DNA of 63,748 nucleotides, the filler included, from Licmophora abbreviata (Eukaryota), in assembly GCA_900291995.1 (NCBI GenBank). It is 18 parts of 18 records of this genome, joined end to end, with 100 filler letters (N's around TTAATTAATTAA, not from the genome) between each part and the next. Parts side by side here need not be neighbours in the genome. Positions count along the whole stretch, not along the records: positions 17,182 to 19,807 come from OLMU01001890.1; positions 19,908 to 23,980 come from OLMU01001891.1; positions 24,081 to 25,814 come from OLMU01001892.1; positions 25,915 to 28,653 come from OLMU01001893.1; positions 28,754 to 43,054 come from OLMU01001894.1; 13 more parts are not named here. One strand, 5' to 3'. The number at the start of each line of letters is the position of its first letter. Position 1 is the first letter of the stretch. The position numbers and the translations under genes are program-made. The notes beneath the pieces are model-generated. The model searched no databases and was not told where the DNA came from. It saw nothing but the letters and a program-made list of their open reading frames with translations. Positions 19,496-30,845 of this stretch are shown here, in pieces.

Positions 19496-20561
19496 TCAGG
19501 CCTCTTCCAGCCGGTCGGTGGCGGGGGGCGGCGTCGGGCTGAGGGCGCAAAGCCGGGCATAGAGCGCGTCATCCATGTGGAAGGAGACCGCGTTGAGCGA
19601 GGGTTTCAGCTGCTCGGCGGAGCGGCCCGACAGGATCGGCATGGGACCGGCCGGATGGCGCGCGGCCCATGCGGCGGCGAGCGTGGCGGGGTGGATGCCA
19701 AGCTCGTCGGCGAGGAGCGTGAGGTCGCGGGCGGTCTGGTGCATCCAGTCCTGACCGTAGCGCGCGGCGTAGCGGTTGTTATCGGTCAGCCGGCCTTTGC
19801 CGCCTTGNNNNNNNNNNNNNNNNNNNNNNNNNNNNNNNNNNNNNNNNNNNNTTAATTAATTAANNNNNNNNNNNNNNNNNNNNNNNNNNNNNNNNNNNNN
19901 NNNNNNNGTTGTTATCGGTCAGCCGGCCTTTGCCGCCTTGGGCGTATTTGCCGGTCAGAAGCCCGCCGGCCAGCGGCGAGTAGGGGGCGATGGCGATGCC
20001 TTCGGAGTGGCACATCGGCAGGATCTCGACTTCGGCCTGCCGTTTCACGAGGTTGTACATCGGTTGTAGGATCGACACGCGAAGGTCGAAGTCCTGCGCG
20101 ATGCAGGCGGCCTTCATCACCTGCCATGCGGCGAAGTTCGACAGGCCCACATGGCCGATTTTTCCCGCGTCTCGCAGCCTGGCGAAGGTCTCAAGGGTCT
20201 CGCGCAGGTCGGTGTCGGGATCGAAGCGGTGCAGATAGAGGATCTCGACATGGTCCATGCCGAGCCTGCGGCGCGATATATCGAACTGCGCCAAGATGTT
20301 ATCGCGCCCCGCACCCCCCGCATAGCCCGCCTTGGTGGCGATCACCAGCCGGTCGCGGAGGGGGGCTGCGAAGCGGCCCAGCAACTCTTCGGAGGCGCCG
20401 TCGGTGTAAAGATGGGCGGTGTCGAAATGCGTGATGCCAGCCTCGATGCAGGCGTCGAACATGGCGCGGCTGGCGGCCTCATCGGCGGCGCCGCCAAATT
20501 GCATGGTGCCAAAGGCGAAACGGCTGGCCGGGATACCGGCGGGGGATGCGATCTGTGTCAT
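19496..20561 (-). CDS. aldo/keto reductase (split by a gap whose flanks overlap)
   Basis: FGTMQFG, FDTAHLY, LYLHRFD, GLSNF, QPMYNL, PYSPLAGG. Confidence 0.9.
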
Positions 20562-20777
20562 GGCGCGAAGATGGCACGTGTTCGCGCCGGGGGGAAGAGG
20601 GCAAGGCGCGGGAGTGCGATGTGCCGGTTGCCCGGAGGCGGTTGCGCTTGTCGGTTCTGTGCGTCGCCGCAAGGTGCTGCCCAAGAAGATGATGCGTATT
20701 TTCCCGCTCTCCCCCTTGGCATTGGCGGCGGCGTGCCGTCTTATGTGGCTTTGACGCAGCGCGGACAGGAGCGGATT

Positions 20778-21017
20778 TTGATAGACACATCGGATGTTCA
20801 GGGACGACATGCCCAGATTGCCGAGCTGTTCGTGCAGACATTCACCGCGTCCGAGGGCGAGGACGAAGGGGCCTTGATCGGTGGGCTGGTGCGCGCGCCG
20901 CTGCCCCTTGGCCAGTCCGAAGGCTGGATCGGGCAATCCCTGACCGGGGACGAAATCATGCCGCTGCGCGGGCCATGCCCCTGCGTCAGCGCCCTCTCCG
21001 ATCCAGCCTTCTGGTAG
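20778..21017 (+). pseudogene. internally deleted GNAT acetyltransferase remnant
   Basis: N-terminus (LFVQTFTASEGEDEGALIGGLV) joined directly to C-terminus (GWIGQSLT...CVSALSDPAFW); no acetyl-CoA-binding core; 79 codons. Confidence 0.55.
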
Positions 21018-21025
21018 GCGGGGTG

Positions 21026-22069
21026 ATGGCGGGTGAGCCCGATACTGTCCCCGTGACGCTGGAGCAATTGGGCTGGGGTCCGTTCTTTGCCGCGCAGGTC
21101 GATGCCGATGAGATGGTCGCCACGCCGCCGGTGCGGGTTGTCACGGTGCATCGCAGCGGCTTTCGGGTGTTGGGCGAGGGGATCGAGGCCAAGGTGCCGC
21201 CGCGCGCCGATGTGACCGTGGGCGACTGGCTGCTCTTGGACCGCGACACTCCCGGGGCCAGCCGCACGTTGGAGCGCAGCAGTCTGCTCAAACGCCGGGC
21301 GCCGGGTCATGACCGGCAGGTGCAACTGATCGCGGCCAATATCGACACGGTGTTTATCGTCACCTCCTGCAATGAGGATTTCAACATCGCCCGGTTGGAG
21401 CGCTATGTGGCGCTGGCGTTCGAATCCGGGGCCGAGCCGGTGATCGTGCTGACCAAGACCGATCTTGCCACGGATGCGGCGGGTTTCGTGGAGGCCGCGC
21501 TCGGCGTCTCGGACAGGGTGGCGGTCGTGGCGCTCGATGCCCGCGCAGAGGAGCCCGGAAAGGCTTTGGCCGAGTGGTGCAGGCCGGGGCGGACGGTGGC
21601 GTTTCTCGGCTCGTCCGGGGTGGGGAAATCCACCCTGACAAATGCGCTTGCCGGCACCGAGGATATCGCCACGCAAGCGGTGCGTGAGGCCGATGCACGA
21701 GGCCGGCACACCACCACGCGCCGCCAGCTTTATATGGTGCCCGGTGGCAGCATCGTGTTGGACACGCCGGGGATGCGCGAGTTGCAGTTGGCGGATGCCG
21801 CGTCGGGGATCGCGGATGTGTTCGAGGATATCGAGGCGCTGACCACGGGCTGCCGGTTCCGCGATTGCGCGCATGACACCGAGCCGGGCTGTGCGGTGCA
21901 GAGGGCGGTGGCCGAGGGCAGGCTTGACCGCGAGCGGCTGGCGCGCTGGCGCAAGCTGCAGGAGGAGGACGCGCAGAATTCCCTCAGTCTGAACCAGCGG
22001 CGCTCAAAAGATCGCGCCTTCGGCAAGGTGGTGCGACAGGCGACAAAGGAGAAACCGCGCAATCGGTAA
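21026..22069 (+). CDS. rsgA: ribosome small subunit-dependent GTPase A
   Basis: TVGDW, AANID, LTKTD, GSSGVGKST, GRHTTT, DTPGMRE, CRFRDCAH..EPGC zinc site. Confidence 0.93.
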   Translation: MAGEPDTVPVTLEQLGWGPFFAAQVDADEMVATPPVRVVTVHRSGFRVLGEGIEAKVPPRADVTVGDWLLLDRDTPGASRTLERSSLLKRRAPGHDRQVQLIAANIDTVFIVTSCNEDFNIARLERYVALAFESGAEPVIVLTKTDLATDAAGFVEAALGVSDRVAVVALDARAEEPGKALAEWCRPGRTVAFLGSSGVGKSTLTNALAGTEDIATQAVREADARGRHTTTRRQLYMVPGGSIVLDTPGMRELQLADAASGIADVFEDIEALTTGCRFRDCAHDTEPGCAVQRAVAEGRLDRERLARWRKLQEEDAQNSLSLNQRRSKDRAFGKVVRQATKEKPRNR

Positions 22070-22170
22070 GGCGCGGGAGGAGCGGCGCCGGAGGGGTGGC
22101 GCGCCGATCCTGCGACCGGCGCGCGCCTTGGCTTTGTGTGACCGGATCGGTCGGACGGGCAGCGCCCGCC

Positions 22171-23250
22171 TTATTGCGGAATGTCGCCTTCCAGCCCCTC
22201 GACATAGAAATCCATGCCCAGAAGCGTGCCGTCATCGGCGGTTTCGCCGTCGGCCAGCCAATCCGAGCCGTCCTGCTTTTTCAGCGGGCCTGTGAAGGGG
22301 TGATACTCGCCCGACGCGATGGCGGCTTTCATGGCCAGCGCCTCTTCGCGGACATCGGCGGGCACGGCGTCGGTGATCTCGCCGATCTCGACCATGCCTT
22401 CGTTGATGCCGTGCCAGACCTGCTGGGTTTCCCATGTGCCGTCGATCACCGCTTGTGTGCGGGCGATGTAATAGGGTGCCCAATTGTCGATGATGGAGCT
22501 GACGCGCGGGAAGGGCTTGTATTCGGCCATGTCGGACGCCTGTCCGAAGGTCACAACGCCGCCCGCCTTCTCAGCTGCCGCTTGGGGGGCTGTCGAGTCG
22601 GTGTGCTGCAGGATCACGTCGGCGCCCTGTTCGATCAGTGCCGTGGCGGCGTCGGCCTCTTTGGCGGGGTCGAACCATGTGTAGGCCCAGATGATCTTGA
22701 ACTGCACATCGGGATTGACCTTGCGGGCATGGATGAAGGCGGCGTTGATGCCGCGGATGACCTCGGGGATCGGGTAGGAGGCGATGTAGCCCACGATGTT
22801 GGATTTGGTCATCTTGCCGGCGATGTGGCCCTGGATCGCGCGGCCCTCGTAGAAGCGGGCCGAGTAGGTCGCGAGGTTCGGTGCGGTCTTGTAGCCGGTG
22901 GCATGTTCGAATTTCACGTCGGGGAATTTCTCGGCCACGCTGAGGGTGGCGTCCATGAAGCCGAAGGAGGTGGTGAAGATCAGATCGGCGCCGCTGAGCG
23001 CCATCTGGGTGATCGCCCGGCTGGCATCGGCGCCTTCGGACACGCTTTCGCGATAGATCGTTTCGACCTGGTCGCCGAAATGCTCTTCGATGGCGAGCCG
23101 GCCCTTGTCATGCTCGTAGGTCCAGCCACCATCGCCGATCGGGCCGACATAGATGAAGCCGACCTTGGTCTTGTCGTCTTGCGCCAGCGCGATCGTGCTG
23201 GTCAGGCCAAGCGCAAGGGCGGCGCCTGTGAGAAGGGTCTTGAGGGTCAT
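22171..23250 (-). CDS. BMP-family ABC substrate-binding protein (purine/nucleoside)
   Basis: GFIYVGPIGDGGWTYEH, TTSFGFM, EHATGY, WFDPAKE. Confidence 0.9.
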   Translation of the reverse strand: MTLKTLLTGAALALGLTSTIALAQDDKTKVGFIYVGPIGDGGWTYEHDKGRLAIEEHFGDQVETIYRESVSEGADASRAITQMALSGADLIFTTSFGFMDATLSVAEKFPDVKFEHATGYKTAPNLATYSARFYEGRAIQGHIAGKMTKSNIVGYIASYPIPEVIRGINAAFIHARKVNPDVQFKIIWAYTWFDPAKEADAATALIEQGADVILQHTDSTAPQAAAEKAGGVVTFGQASDMAEYKPFPRVSSIIDNWAPYYIARTQAVIDGTWETQQVWHGINEGMVEIGEITDAVPADVREEALAMKAAIASGEYHPFTGPLKKQDGSDWLADGETADDGTLLGMDFYVEGLEGDIPQ

Positions 23251-23291
23251 GTGGACTACTCCCTGTTGGATTGAAAGTGGATGGCAGCGCC

Positions 23292-23980
23292 TCATTGCGA
23301 GGCATGGAAGATGCGGCCCAAAGAGCCGGGCGCGCGGGATTTGTCGGCGGACATGATGACCAGAACAAGTATGGTCACCAGATAGGGCGACATCGACAGG
23401 TATTCGACCGGCACCGCGACGCCCGCCGCCTGAAGGTTGAGCTGCAGGACGCTGACGCCGCCAAAGAGCCAGGCGCCGAGCAGCACGCGCCCGGCCTTCC
23501 AAGAGGCGAAGACCACCAGCGCCAATGCGATCCAGCCGACGCCTGCGGTCATGCCTTCGGTCCATTGCGGCACGCGCACGAGGCTGAGATAGGCGCCGCC
23601 CAGACCGGCGCAGGCGCCGCCGAAGGCGATGGCCAGCACCCGGACGCGCACAACCTTGTAGCCTAGCGCATGGGCGGCGTCGTGATTTTCGCCCACCGCG
23701 CGCAGGATCAGCCCGGCGCGGGTGTATTTGAGCATACCCCAGACCGCCGCCACCAGCGCCAGCGCGAGATACACCATGAGGTCATGCGAAAAGAGCACCG
23801 GGCCGAGGACCGGAATATCGCTGAGCAGGGGGATGTCGAGCTTGGGCGTGGGCGGCGGCTTGATGCCGACATAGCCCTGTCCGAGCAGCGCGCTCAGCCC
23901 CAGGCCAAAGAGCGTGAGCGCCAGACCCGAGGCTACGTGATTGGCAAGCGCGATCTGGGTCAGGGCGGCAAAGAGCAGCG
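23292..23980 (-). CDS. nucleoside ABC permease (5' end in gap)
   Basis: GLILRAVGEN...GGAYLSL...GWIALALVVFASW. Confidence 0.85.
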
Positions 23981-24080
23981 NNNNNNNNNNNNNNNNNNNN
24001 NNNNNNNNNNNNNNNNNNNNNNNNTTAATTAATTAANNNNNNNNNNNNNNNNNNNNNNNNNNNNNNNNNNNNNNNNNNNN

Positions 24081-25166
24081 GGATCGGGGGCGACGCGACA
24101 ACAGGCGCAAGCGGTAGTTGGTCAGCACATCCACCGCCAGCAGGAAGAACAGCAGCATCCCCTGAAAGACCTGGATCGCGGCGGCGGGCAGGCCCAGGTC
24201 GGACTGGGCGATCTCGCCGCCGATATAGGTCAGCGCCATCAGCAGGCCCGCGGCGAGGATGCCCACCGGGTGCAACCGGCCCAGAAAGGCGACGATGATC
24301 GCAGTGAAGCCGTAGCCCACATTGAAATCGATGCTGACCTGTCCGGCGGGGCCGGAGACTTCGAACAGGCCCGCCATGCCCGCCAGCGCCCCGGATGTGC
24401 CAAGGCAGAAGAGGATCAGCCGGGCCGGATTGACGCCTGCGAAGCGCGCGGCGCGCGGTGCCTGACCGGTCAGGCGGATCTGGTAGCCCAGGATATGCCG
24501 GCCCAGCAGGATATGCGCGAAGATCACCGCGATCAGCGCCGCCACCACGCCCCAATGCATCCCCGATCCCGCGATCAGATCGGCATTATGGGCGGCAGGA
24601 TAATCCTGCAGGTTGCGGCTGCCGGGAAAGCCCATGCCCTCGGGGTTGCGCATCGGCCCGAGGGCCATGGCGGCGAGCAATTGCTCGGCCACATAGACCA
24701 GCATCAGCGACACCAGGATTTCATTGGTGCCGAAGCGCAATTTGAGAAGTGCAGGGATCATCCCCCAGACCAGCCCGCCAAGCGCGCCCGCAAGGATCAT
24801 CAGCCCGAAGACGAACCATGCATCGAGAGGATAGAAGGCCAGCGCCACGCCCGCGCCGGTGAGCGCGCCGACGATATATTGCCCCTCGGCGCCGATATTC
24901 CAGATCCCTGCCCGGAAGCCGAGGGCGAGGCCAATGGCGATCAGCACGAGCGGCGCGCCCTTCACCAGAAGCTGGGGGCGGTAGTAGAAGGCGAATTCAC
25001 CGAAAAGCGGCTCCCAGAAGATGGTGGAGATCGCCGCGACCGGGTTCTTGCCCAAGGCGGCAAAGAGTGCCCCGCCCGCCAGCATGGTGACCAGCACCGC
25101 GAGGATCGGCGAGAGGTAGATCCAGTGCCGCGCGGGCTGCGGGCGCCTTTCCAGCCGGAGCCTCAT
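24081..25166 (-). CDS. nucleoside ABC permease (3' end in gap)
   Basis: WNIGAEGQ, NEILVSLML, GYGFTAIIVAFLGRLHP. Confidence 0.88.
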
Positions 25167-25194
25167 GGGCGGGCGGCCTTATTGGTGGGGGCGG

Positions 25195-25275
25195 TGCAGG
25201 GGGCTCTGCCCCCGACATTGAAAATCCGAGGATTTTCAATGCCTCCCCCGGGATATTTGAGGCCAGAAGAAACAG
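25195..25275. repeat. REP/MITE-like intergenic palindromic element
   Basis: GGGGGCTCTGCCCCC plus an 11-bp perfect stem CATTGAAAATC-CGAG-GATTTTCAATG (25216-25241) between two operon genes. Confidence 0.5.
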
Positions 25276-25283
25276 CTGCGCTG

Positions 25284-26732
25284 TCAGACATGGGCCACCT
25301 CCATGTCATGCGCGCCGCCCATCATCAGCCCGATCTGATCGAGGCCGAGTTGGGCAGTGGGGCATATCTCGGACAGGCGGCCTTCGTTGAGCGCGCCGAA
25401 ACGGTCGGCGATTTCCATCAGCTCGTCGAGATCCTGGCTGATGCACAGGATCGCGGCGCCTTCGGCTGCGAGATCGAGCAGAGCCTGACGGATCGCGGCA
25501 GCAGCGGCGGCATCGACGCCCCATGTGGGTTGGTTGACGATCAGCACCTCGGGGCGTTGCAGCACCTCGCGACCGATCACGAATTTCTGCAGGTTGCCGC
25601 CCGACAGCGCCCGCGCGGCAGTGCCGGGGCCGGGGGTGCGCACGTCGAAACGCGCGATGATGCGGCGCGCGAAACCTTCGGTCTCGGGCCAGCGGATGAA
25701 GCCGCGCGTCACCAGCCCCTCGCGGCCCGCGCCGGTGAGAAACGCGTTTTCCGTGAGGCTCATGTCCGGGGCGGCGGCATGGCCCAGCCGTTCCTCGGGG
25801 GCGGCGAGAAGGCCNNNNNNNNNNNNNNNNNNNNNNNNNNNNNNNNNNNNNNNNNNNNTTAATTAATTAANNNNNNNNNNNNNNNNNNNNNNNNNNNNNN
25901 NNNNNNNNNNNNNNATATCTTTCAGAGCGGTGCCGAAAGGGCTGGGCGAGCGGAGCGTGAGGCCGGTGACCTCGAGCGCGACGTCGCCAAGGGGGCGGGC
26001 GGCGCGGGTCGGCGGGGTGATCGCCGTGCCGACCATCATCTGCGCCATCTCGCGGGCGGTGGTCTCGGCGGGCAGGCAGGTGCCGACATTGCGCCCCTGC
26101 CGCAGGATCGTGGCGCGGTCGCACAGCGCGCGGATTTCCTCGAGCTTGTGGGAGATGTAGAGGATGGCCACGCCTTCGGCTGTGAGTTTGCGCAAGGTCG
26201 AAAAGAGGATCTCGACCTCTTGCGGGGTCAGCACCGAGGTGGGCTCGTCCATGATCAGCAGGCGGGGGTCCTGCAGCAGGCAGCGCAGGATCTCGACCCG
26301 CTGGCGTTCGCCAGCTGACAGATCGCCCACCACCCGGTCGGGATCGAGCGGCAGGCCGTAGGTTTCGCTGACCGCGCGGATGCGGCGCGCCAGATCCCCC
26401 ATCGGCGGCGGGGTTTCCATCCCGAGGGCGATATTCTCGGCGACGCTGAGCGCGTCGAAGAGCGAGAAGTGCTGAAACACCATGGCCACACCGCAGGCCC
26501 GGGCGGCGCGCGGCTCTGCGGGGGCATAGGGCGCGCCGTGCAATGTCATGGTGCCGCTGTCAGGTTTGACCAGCCCGTAGATCATCTTGACCAGCGTGGA
26601 TTTGCCGGCGCCGTTTTCGCCCAGAAGCGCATGCACCTCGCCGCGGCCTATGTCGAAGGACACGTCGTCATTGGCGACGACGCCGGGATAGGCCTTGGTC
26701 AGTCCCGAGATGGCAAGAAGGCTGGCTGTCAC
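25284..26732 (-). CDS. nucleoside ABC ATP-binding protein, two ATPase domains (gap 25815-25914)
   Basis: GENGAGKST, DEPTSVL; second domain LSGGNLQK, NQPTWGVD. Confidence 0.9.
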
Positions 26733-26921
26733 GCGGCGGTCCCCTGATGCGCTGTGATGGGCGGCTGACCGATGACTAGCGCAGGCATGCCGGGATGGGC
26801 AATGGTCCGGGGCGCTTTTCCGGGCCAAAGCCAGCTGCTTTGTCTGCGGCTTGGGCAAAAAACGCGCGCCTTGCGGGATCGTGGCTTTTGCCGGGGCGCG
26901 CGGGCGGCTAATCTGCGGGGC

Positions 26922-29900
26922 ATGAGCAGTTCCCCCCGATTCATCCATCTTCGCGTCCATACCGAATATTCCCTGCTGGAAGGTGCTGTGCGGCTCAAGT
27001 CGCTGGCGGGCCTGTGCGAGAAGGCGGGAATGCCTGCGGTCGCGGTGACCGACACCAACAACATGTTCGCCGCACTGGAGTTTTCCGTCACCGCGAGCGG
27101 GGCGGGCATCCAGCCGATCATGGGCTGCCAGGTCGATCTGGACTATCTCGAGACGCAGCCGGGCGAGCGGGCCAAGCCGCCTGCGCCGCTGGTTCTGCTG
27201 GCGCAGAACGAGGCGGGCTACGAGAACCTGATGAAGCTGAACTCGTGTCTCTATCTGCGCGGGGACGGGCAGCTGCCGCATGTCACGCTGGCTGAGCTCG
27301 AGGCGCATGCCGAGGGGGTGATTTGTCTGACGGGTGGGCCGGACGGGCCGGTGGGGCGCTTGCTGCAGGCCGGGCAGCGCCCGGCGGCCGAGGCGCTGAT
27401 GGGCCAGTTGCTGGCAGCGTTCGCAGACCGGATTTATGTCGAGCTGCAGCGGCACCCGGGCGAGGATGGCGCGCCCGAGGCCGAACGGCTGACCGAGCGC
27501 GGCTTTGTCGAGATGGCCTATGCGATGGGCCTGCCGCTGGTGGCCACGAATGATGTCTATTTCCCTGATGCGGGCATGTATGAGGCGCATGATGCGCTGC
27601 TTTGTGTGGCCGAGGGCAGTTATGTGGATCAGGCCGAGCCGCGCCGAAGGCTGACCGCGCAGCATTACTTCAAGACGCCTCAGGAGATGGCGACGCTTTT
27701 CGCCGATCTGCCCGAGGCGCTGGAGAATACCGTCGAGATCGCGCGGCGCTGTGCCTTTGGCGCCTACAGGCGCGATCCGATCCTGCCGCGCTTTGCCGAT
27801 GACGAGGTGGACGAGCTGCGTCGGCAGGCCAAGGAAGGACTTGAGGCGCGGCTGGCGGTGATCCCGCATGCCACATCGGTCGAGGAGTATCACAAGCGGC
27901 TGGAGTTCGAACTGGGCATCATCGAGGGGATGGGCTTTCCCGGCTATTTCCTGATCGTTGCGGATTTCATCAAATGGGCCAAGGAACAGGATATTCCGGT
28001 GGGGCCGGGGCGCGGCTCGGGGGCGGGCAGTCTGGTGGCCTATGCCTTGACCATCACCGATCTCGATCCGCTGCGCTACAGCCTGCTGTTCGAACGCTTC
28101 CTGAACCCCGAGCGGGTCAGCATGCCCGACTTCGACATCGATTTCTGCATGGATCGCCGCGAGGAGGTGATCCAGTATGTGCAGCGCAAATACGGGCGCG
28201 ACAAGGTGGGGCAGATCATCACCTTCGGCGCGCTTCTGTCCAAGGCCGCCGTGCGCGATATCGGCCGGGTGCTTCAGATGCCCTATGGTCAGGTCGACAA
28301 GCTCTCGAAGATGATCCCCGTGGAAGGGGTCAAGCCGGTGTCGATCCAGCAGGCGTTGGCACAGGAGGACCGCCTGCGAGAGGCGGCGCGCAGCGAAGAG
28401 GTCGTGGACCGGTTGCTGACTTACGGCATGAAGGTCGAGGGGCTGTTGCGCAATGCCTCGACCCATGCGGCGGGGGTGGTGATCGGGGACAGGCCGCTCG
28501 ATGCGCTGGTTCCGCTCTATCAGGATCCGCGCTCGGACATGCCGGCCACGCAGTTCAACATGAAATGGGTCGAGCAGGCGGGGCTGGTCAAGTTCGACTT
28601 TCTGGGCCTCAAGACGCTGACGGTGATCCAGAACGCGATCGGGCAGATCCATGNNNNNNNNNNNNNNNNNNNNNNNNNNNNNNNNNNNNNNNNNNNNTTA
28701 ATTAATTAANNNNNNNNNNNNNNNNNNNNNNNNNNNNNNNNNNNNNNNNNNNNATATCGCTGCCGATGGCAGCCCCATCTATGAGCCGTTCGAGGGCGCC
28801 GAGAACGATATCGGTCAGATCCCGCTGGATGACGCCAAGACCTATGAGCTGTATGCGCGCGCGCGCACCGTGGCGGTGTTCCAGGTGGAAAGCTCAGGGA
28901 TGATGGATGCGCTCAAGCGGATGAAACCCACCTGCATCGAGGACATCGTGGCGCTTGTGGCGCTCTATCGTCCCGGCCCGATGGAGAACATCCCCAAATA
29001 TTGCGAGGTCAAGAATGCGCTGAGCGAGCGTGACAGGCTGCATCCGCTGATCGACCATATCCTAGACGAGACGCAGGGCATCATCGTCTATCAGGAACAG
29101 GTGATGCAGATCGCGCAGGAGATGGCGGGCTATACGCTTGGCGGTGCGGACCTTTTGCGCCGCGCCATGGGCAAGAAGATCCAGGCCGCGATGGATGACG
29201 AACGGCCCAAGTTCATCGCCGGGGCCAAGGCCAACGGGGTGGATGACGCCAAGGCGCTCGAAGTGTGGAACCTGCTCGACAAGTTCGCCAATTACGGTTT
29301 CAACAAATCGCACGCGGCGGCCTATGCGGTGGTCAGCTATCAGACGGCATGGCTCAAGGCCAATCACCCGGTTGAGTTCATGGCCGGGGTGATGAATTGC
29401 GATATCCACCTGACCGACAAGCTGGCGGTCTATTTCCAGGAGGTGAAGAAGGGCCTGCAACTGCCCTATGCGCCGCCTTGCGTGAACCGGTCGGATGCGG
29501 TGTTCCAGGTGCGCGGCGGGGTGCTGCATTACGCGCTTGGTGCGCTCAAGAACGTCGGCGTCGAGGCGATGCGCCTGATCGTGGAGGGGCGCAGCGACAA
29601 GCCCTTTGCGACGCTTTACGATGTCGCACGGCGCGTCGATCTGAAACGGATCGGCAAGCGGCCGCTTGAGATGCTGGCGCGCGCGGGCGCCTTCGATGAG
29701 CTTGATCGCAACCGGCGCCGCGTGTTCGACAGCATCGAGCCGCTGATGAACTATTCGGCGGCGATTTTCGATCAGAAGACCTCGAGCCAGGTGTCGCTCT
29801 TTGGCGAGGCGGGCGATGATCTGCCCGAGCCGCGCCTCAGCCCGGTGGAGGATTGGCTGCCCGCCGAGCGATTGACCGAGGAATTCAAGGCGATCGGCTT

Positions 29901-30507
29901 TTACCTGTCGGGCCATCCACTGGACGACTACATGGGCGCGCTGCGCCGCAAGGACGTCAAGACCCTCGACGAGGTTACCGCCCTGGCCGAGCAAAAGGGC
30001 GCGCTGGTGGCCAAGATGGCCGGTGTCGTGTCGGGCAGGCAAGAGCGCAAATCGGCGCGCGGCAACCGCTTTGCCTTTGTGCAGATGTCGGATACGACCG
30101 GCGGCTTCGAGGTGACGCTGTTTTCCGAAACGCTCGAGAAATCCCGTGATTATCTGGAAACCGGCGCGCAGGTCGTGGTCACGGTCGAAGCGACGATGGA
30201 AAGCGATCAGCTGAAACTGCTTGGCCGGGCAGTGTCACCGATCGACGGGGTCGTGGCGGATGCGGGCGCCATGGGGCTGCGCATCTTCGTCGAGACCGAA
30301 GAGGCGATTCCCTCGGTGGCCTCGGTGCTGCAGAACGCGGTCACATCGGTCAAATCCGGGGGGCGCGGGCCGATCCGGTTCTGCCTGATGGGGCCGAACC
30401 TTCCGGGTGAGATCGAGATCGACACAGGGCAGGACTACCCCGTCACCCCGCAAATCAAGGGTGCGATCAAAAGCCTGACCGGCGTTCTGGCCGTGGAAGA
30501 GATGTAG
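26922..30507 (+). CDS. dnaE: DNA polymerase III alpha subunit (gap 28654-28753)
   Basis: PHP domain HLRVHTEYSLLEG; GPGRGSGAGS; PDFDIDF; KFDFLGL; YGFNKSH; OB-fold C-terminus. Confidence 0.97.
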
Positions 30508-30533
30508 CGTGCGGGCGACCGAAGAGCCGCATT

Positions 30534-30728
30534 TTACCAGTGCGGCGGGCGTTCATCGCCAAGCGTGATGCCGCCGCCCAGATCGCTTTCGCGTTCCGCC
30601 TCGCGCTCGAGCAGCAATTGCACCCGGCGCGTCAACAGCGCGATCTCGCGCTCTTGCCGGGTCACGACATCCGACAGATCGTCAAGCGCGCGGGTCAGAT
30701 GGGCGATTTGTTCTTCAAGCGTGTCCAT
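30534..30728 (-). CDS. slyX: SlyX family protein
   Basis: LEEQIAH...DDLSDVV...ERPPHW. Confidence 0.88.
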   Translation of the reverse strand: MDTLEEQIAHLTRALDDLSDVVTRQEREIALLTRRVQLLLEREAERESDLGGGITLGDERPPHW

Positions 30729-30845
30729 GCGCGGAGCTAGCGGTTTTGGGCTGTCGACGTCAATCGCCTTGTTGCCCCGGCTTGCCCCCGCGAGCCCCTT
30801 CGGCTAGACGCTCGGGCAAGCAGCAAACCCCGGTGGATCCCCCAG

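Noticed and set aside
19775..19940. Short direct duplications flanking gaps (also around 43041-43168 and 46286-46403)
   Set aside because: Unmerged contig overlaps inside genes, not target-site duplications
25863..28652. Long antisense ORFs (929 aa here; also 35366-37192, 41322-42977, 52412-54394, 55402-57594)
   Set aside because: Shadow frames of high-GC genes. Only the part of the 929-aa ORF from 26732 downward is real (the ABC ATPase).
28654..28869. Apparently split dnaE (possible intein or split gene)
   Set aside because: The break coincides with an assembly gap and no intein motifs are visible in the flanks
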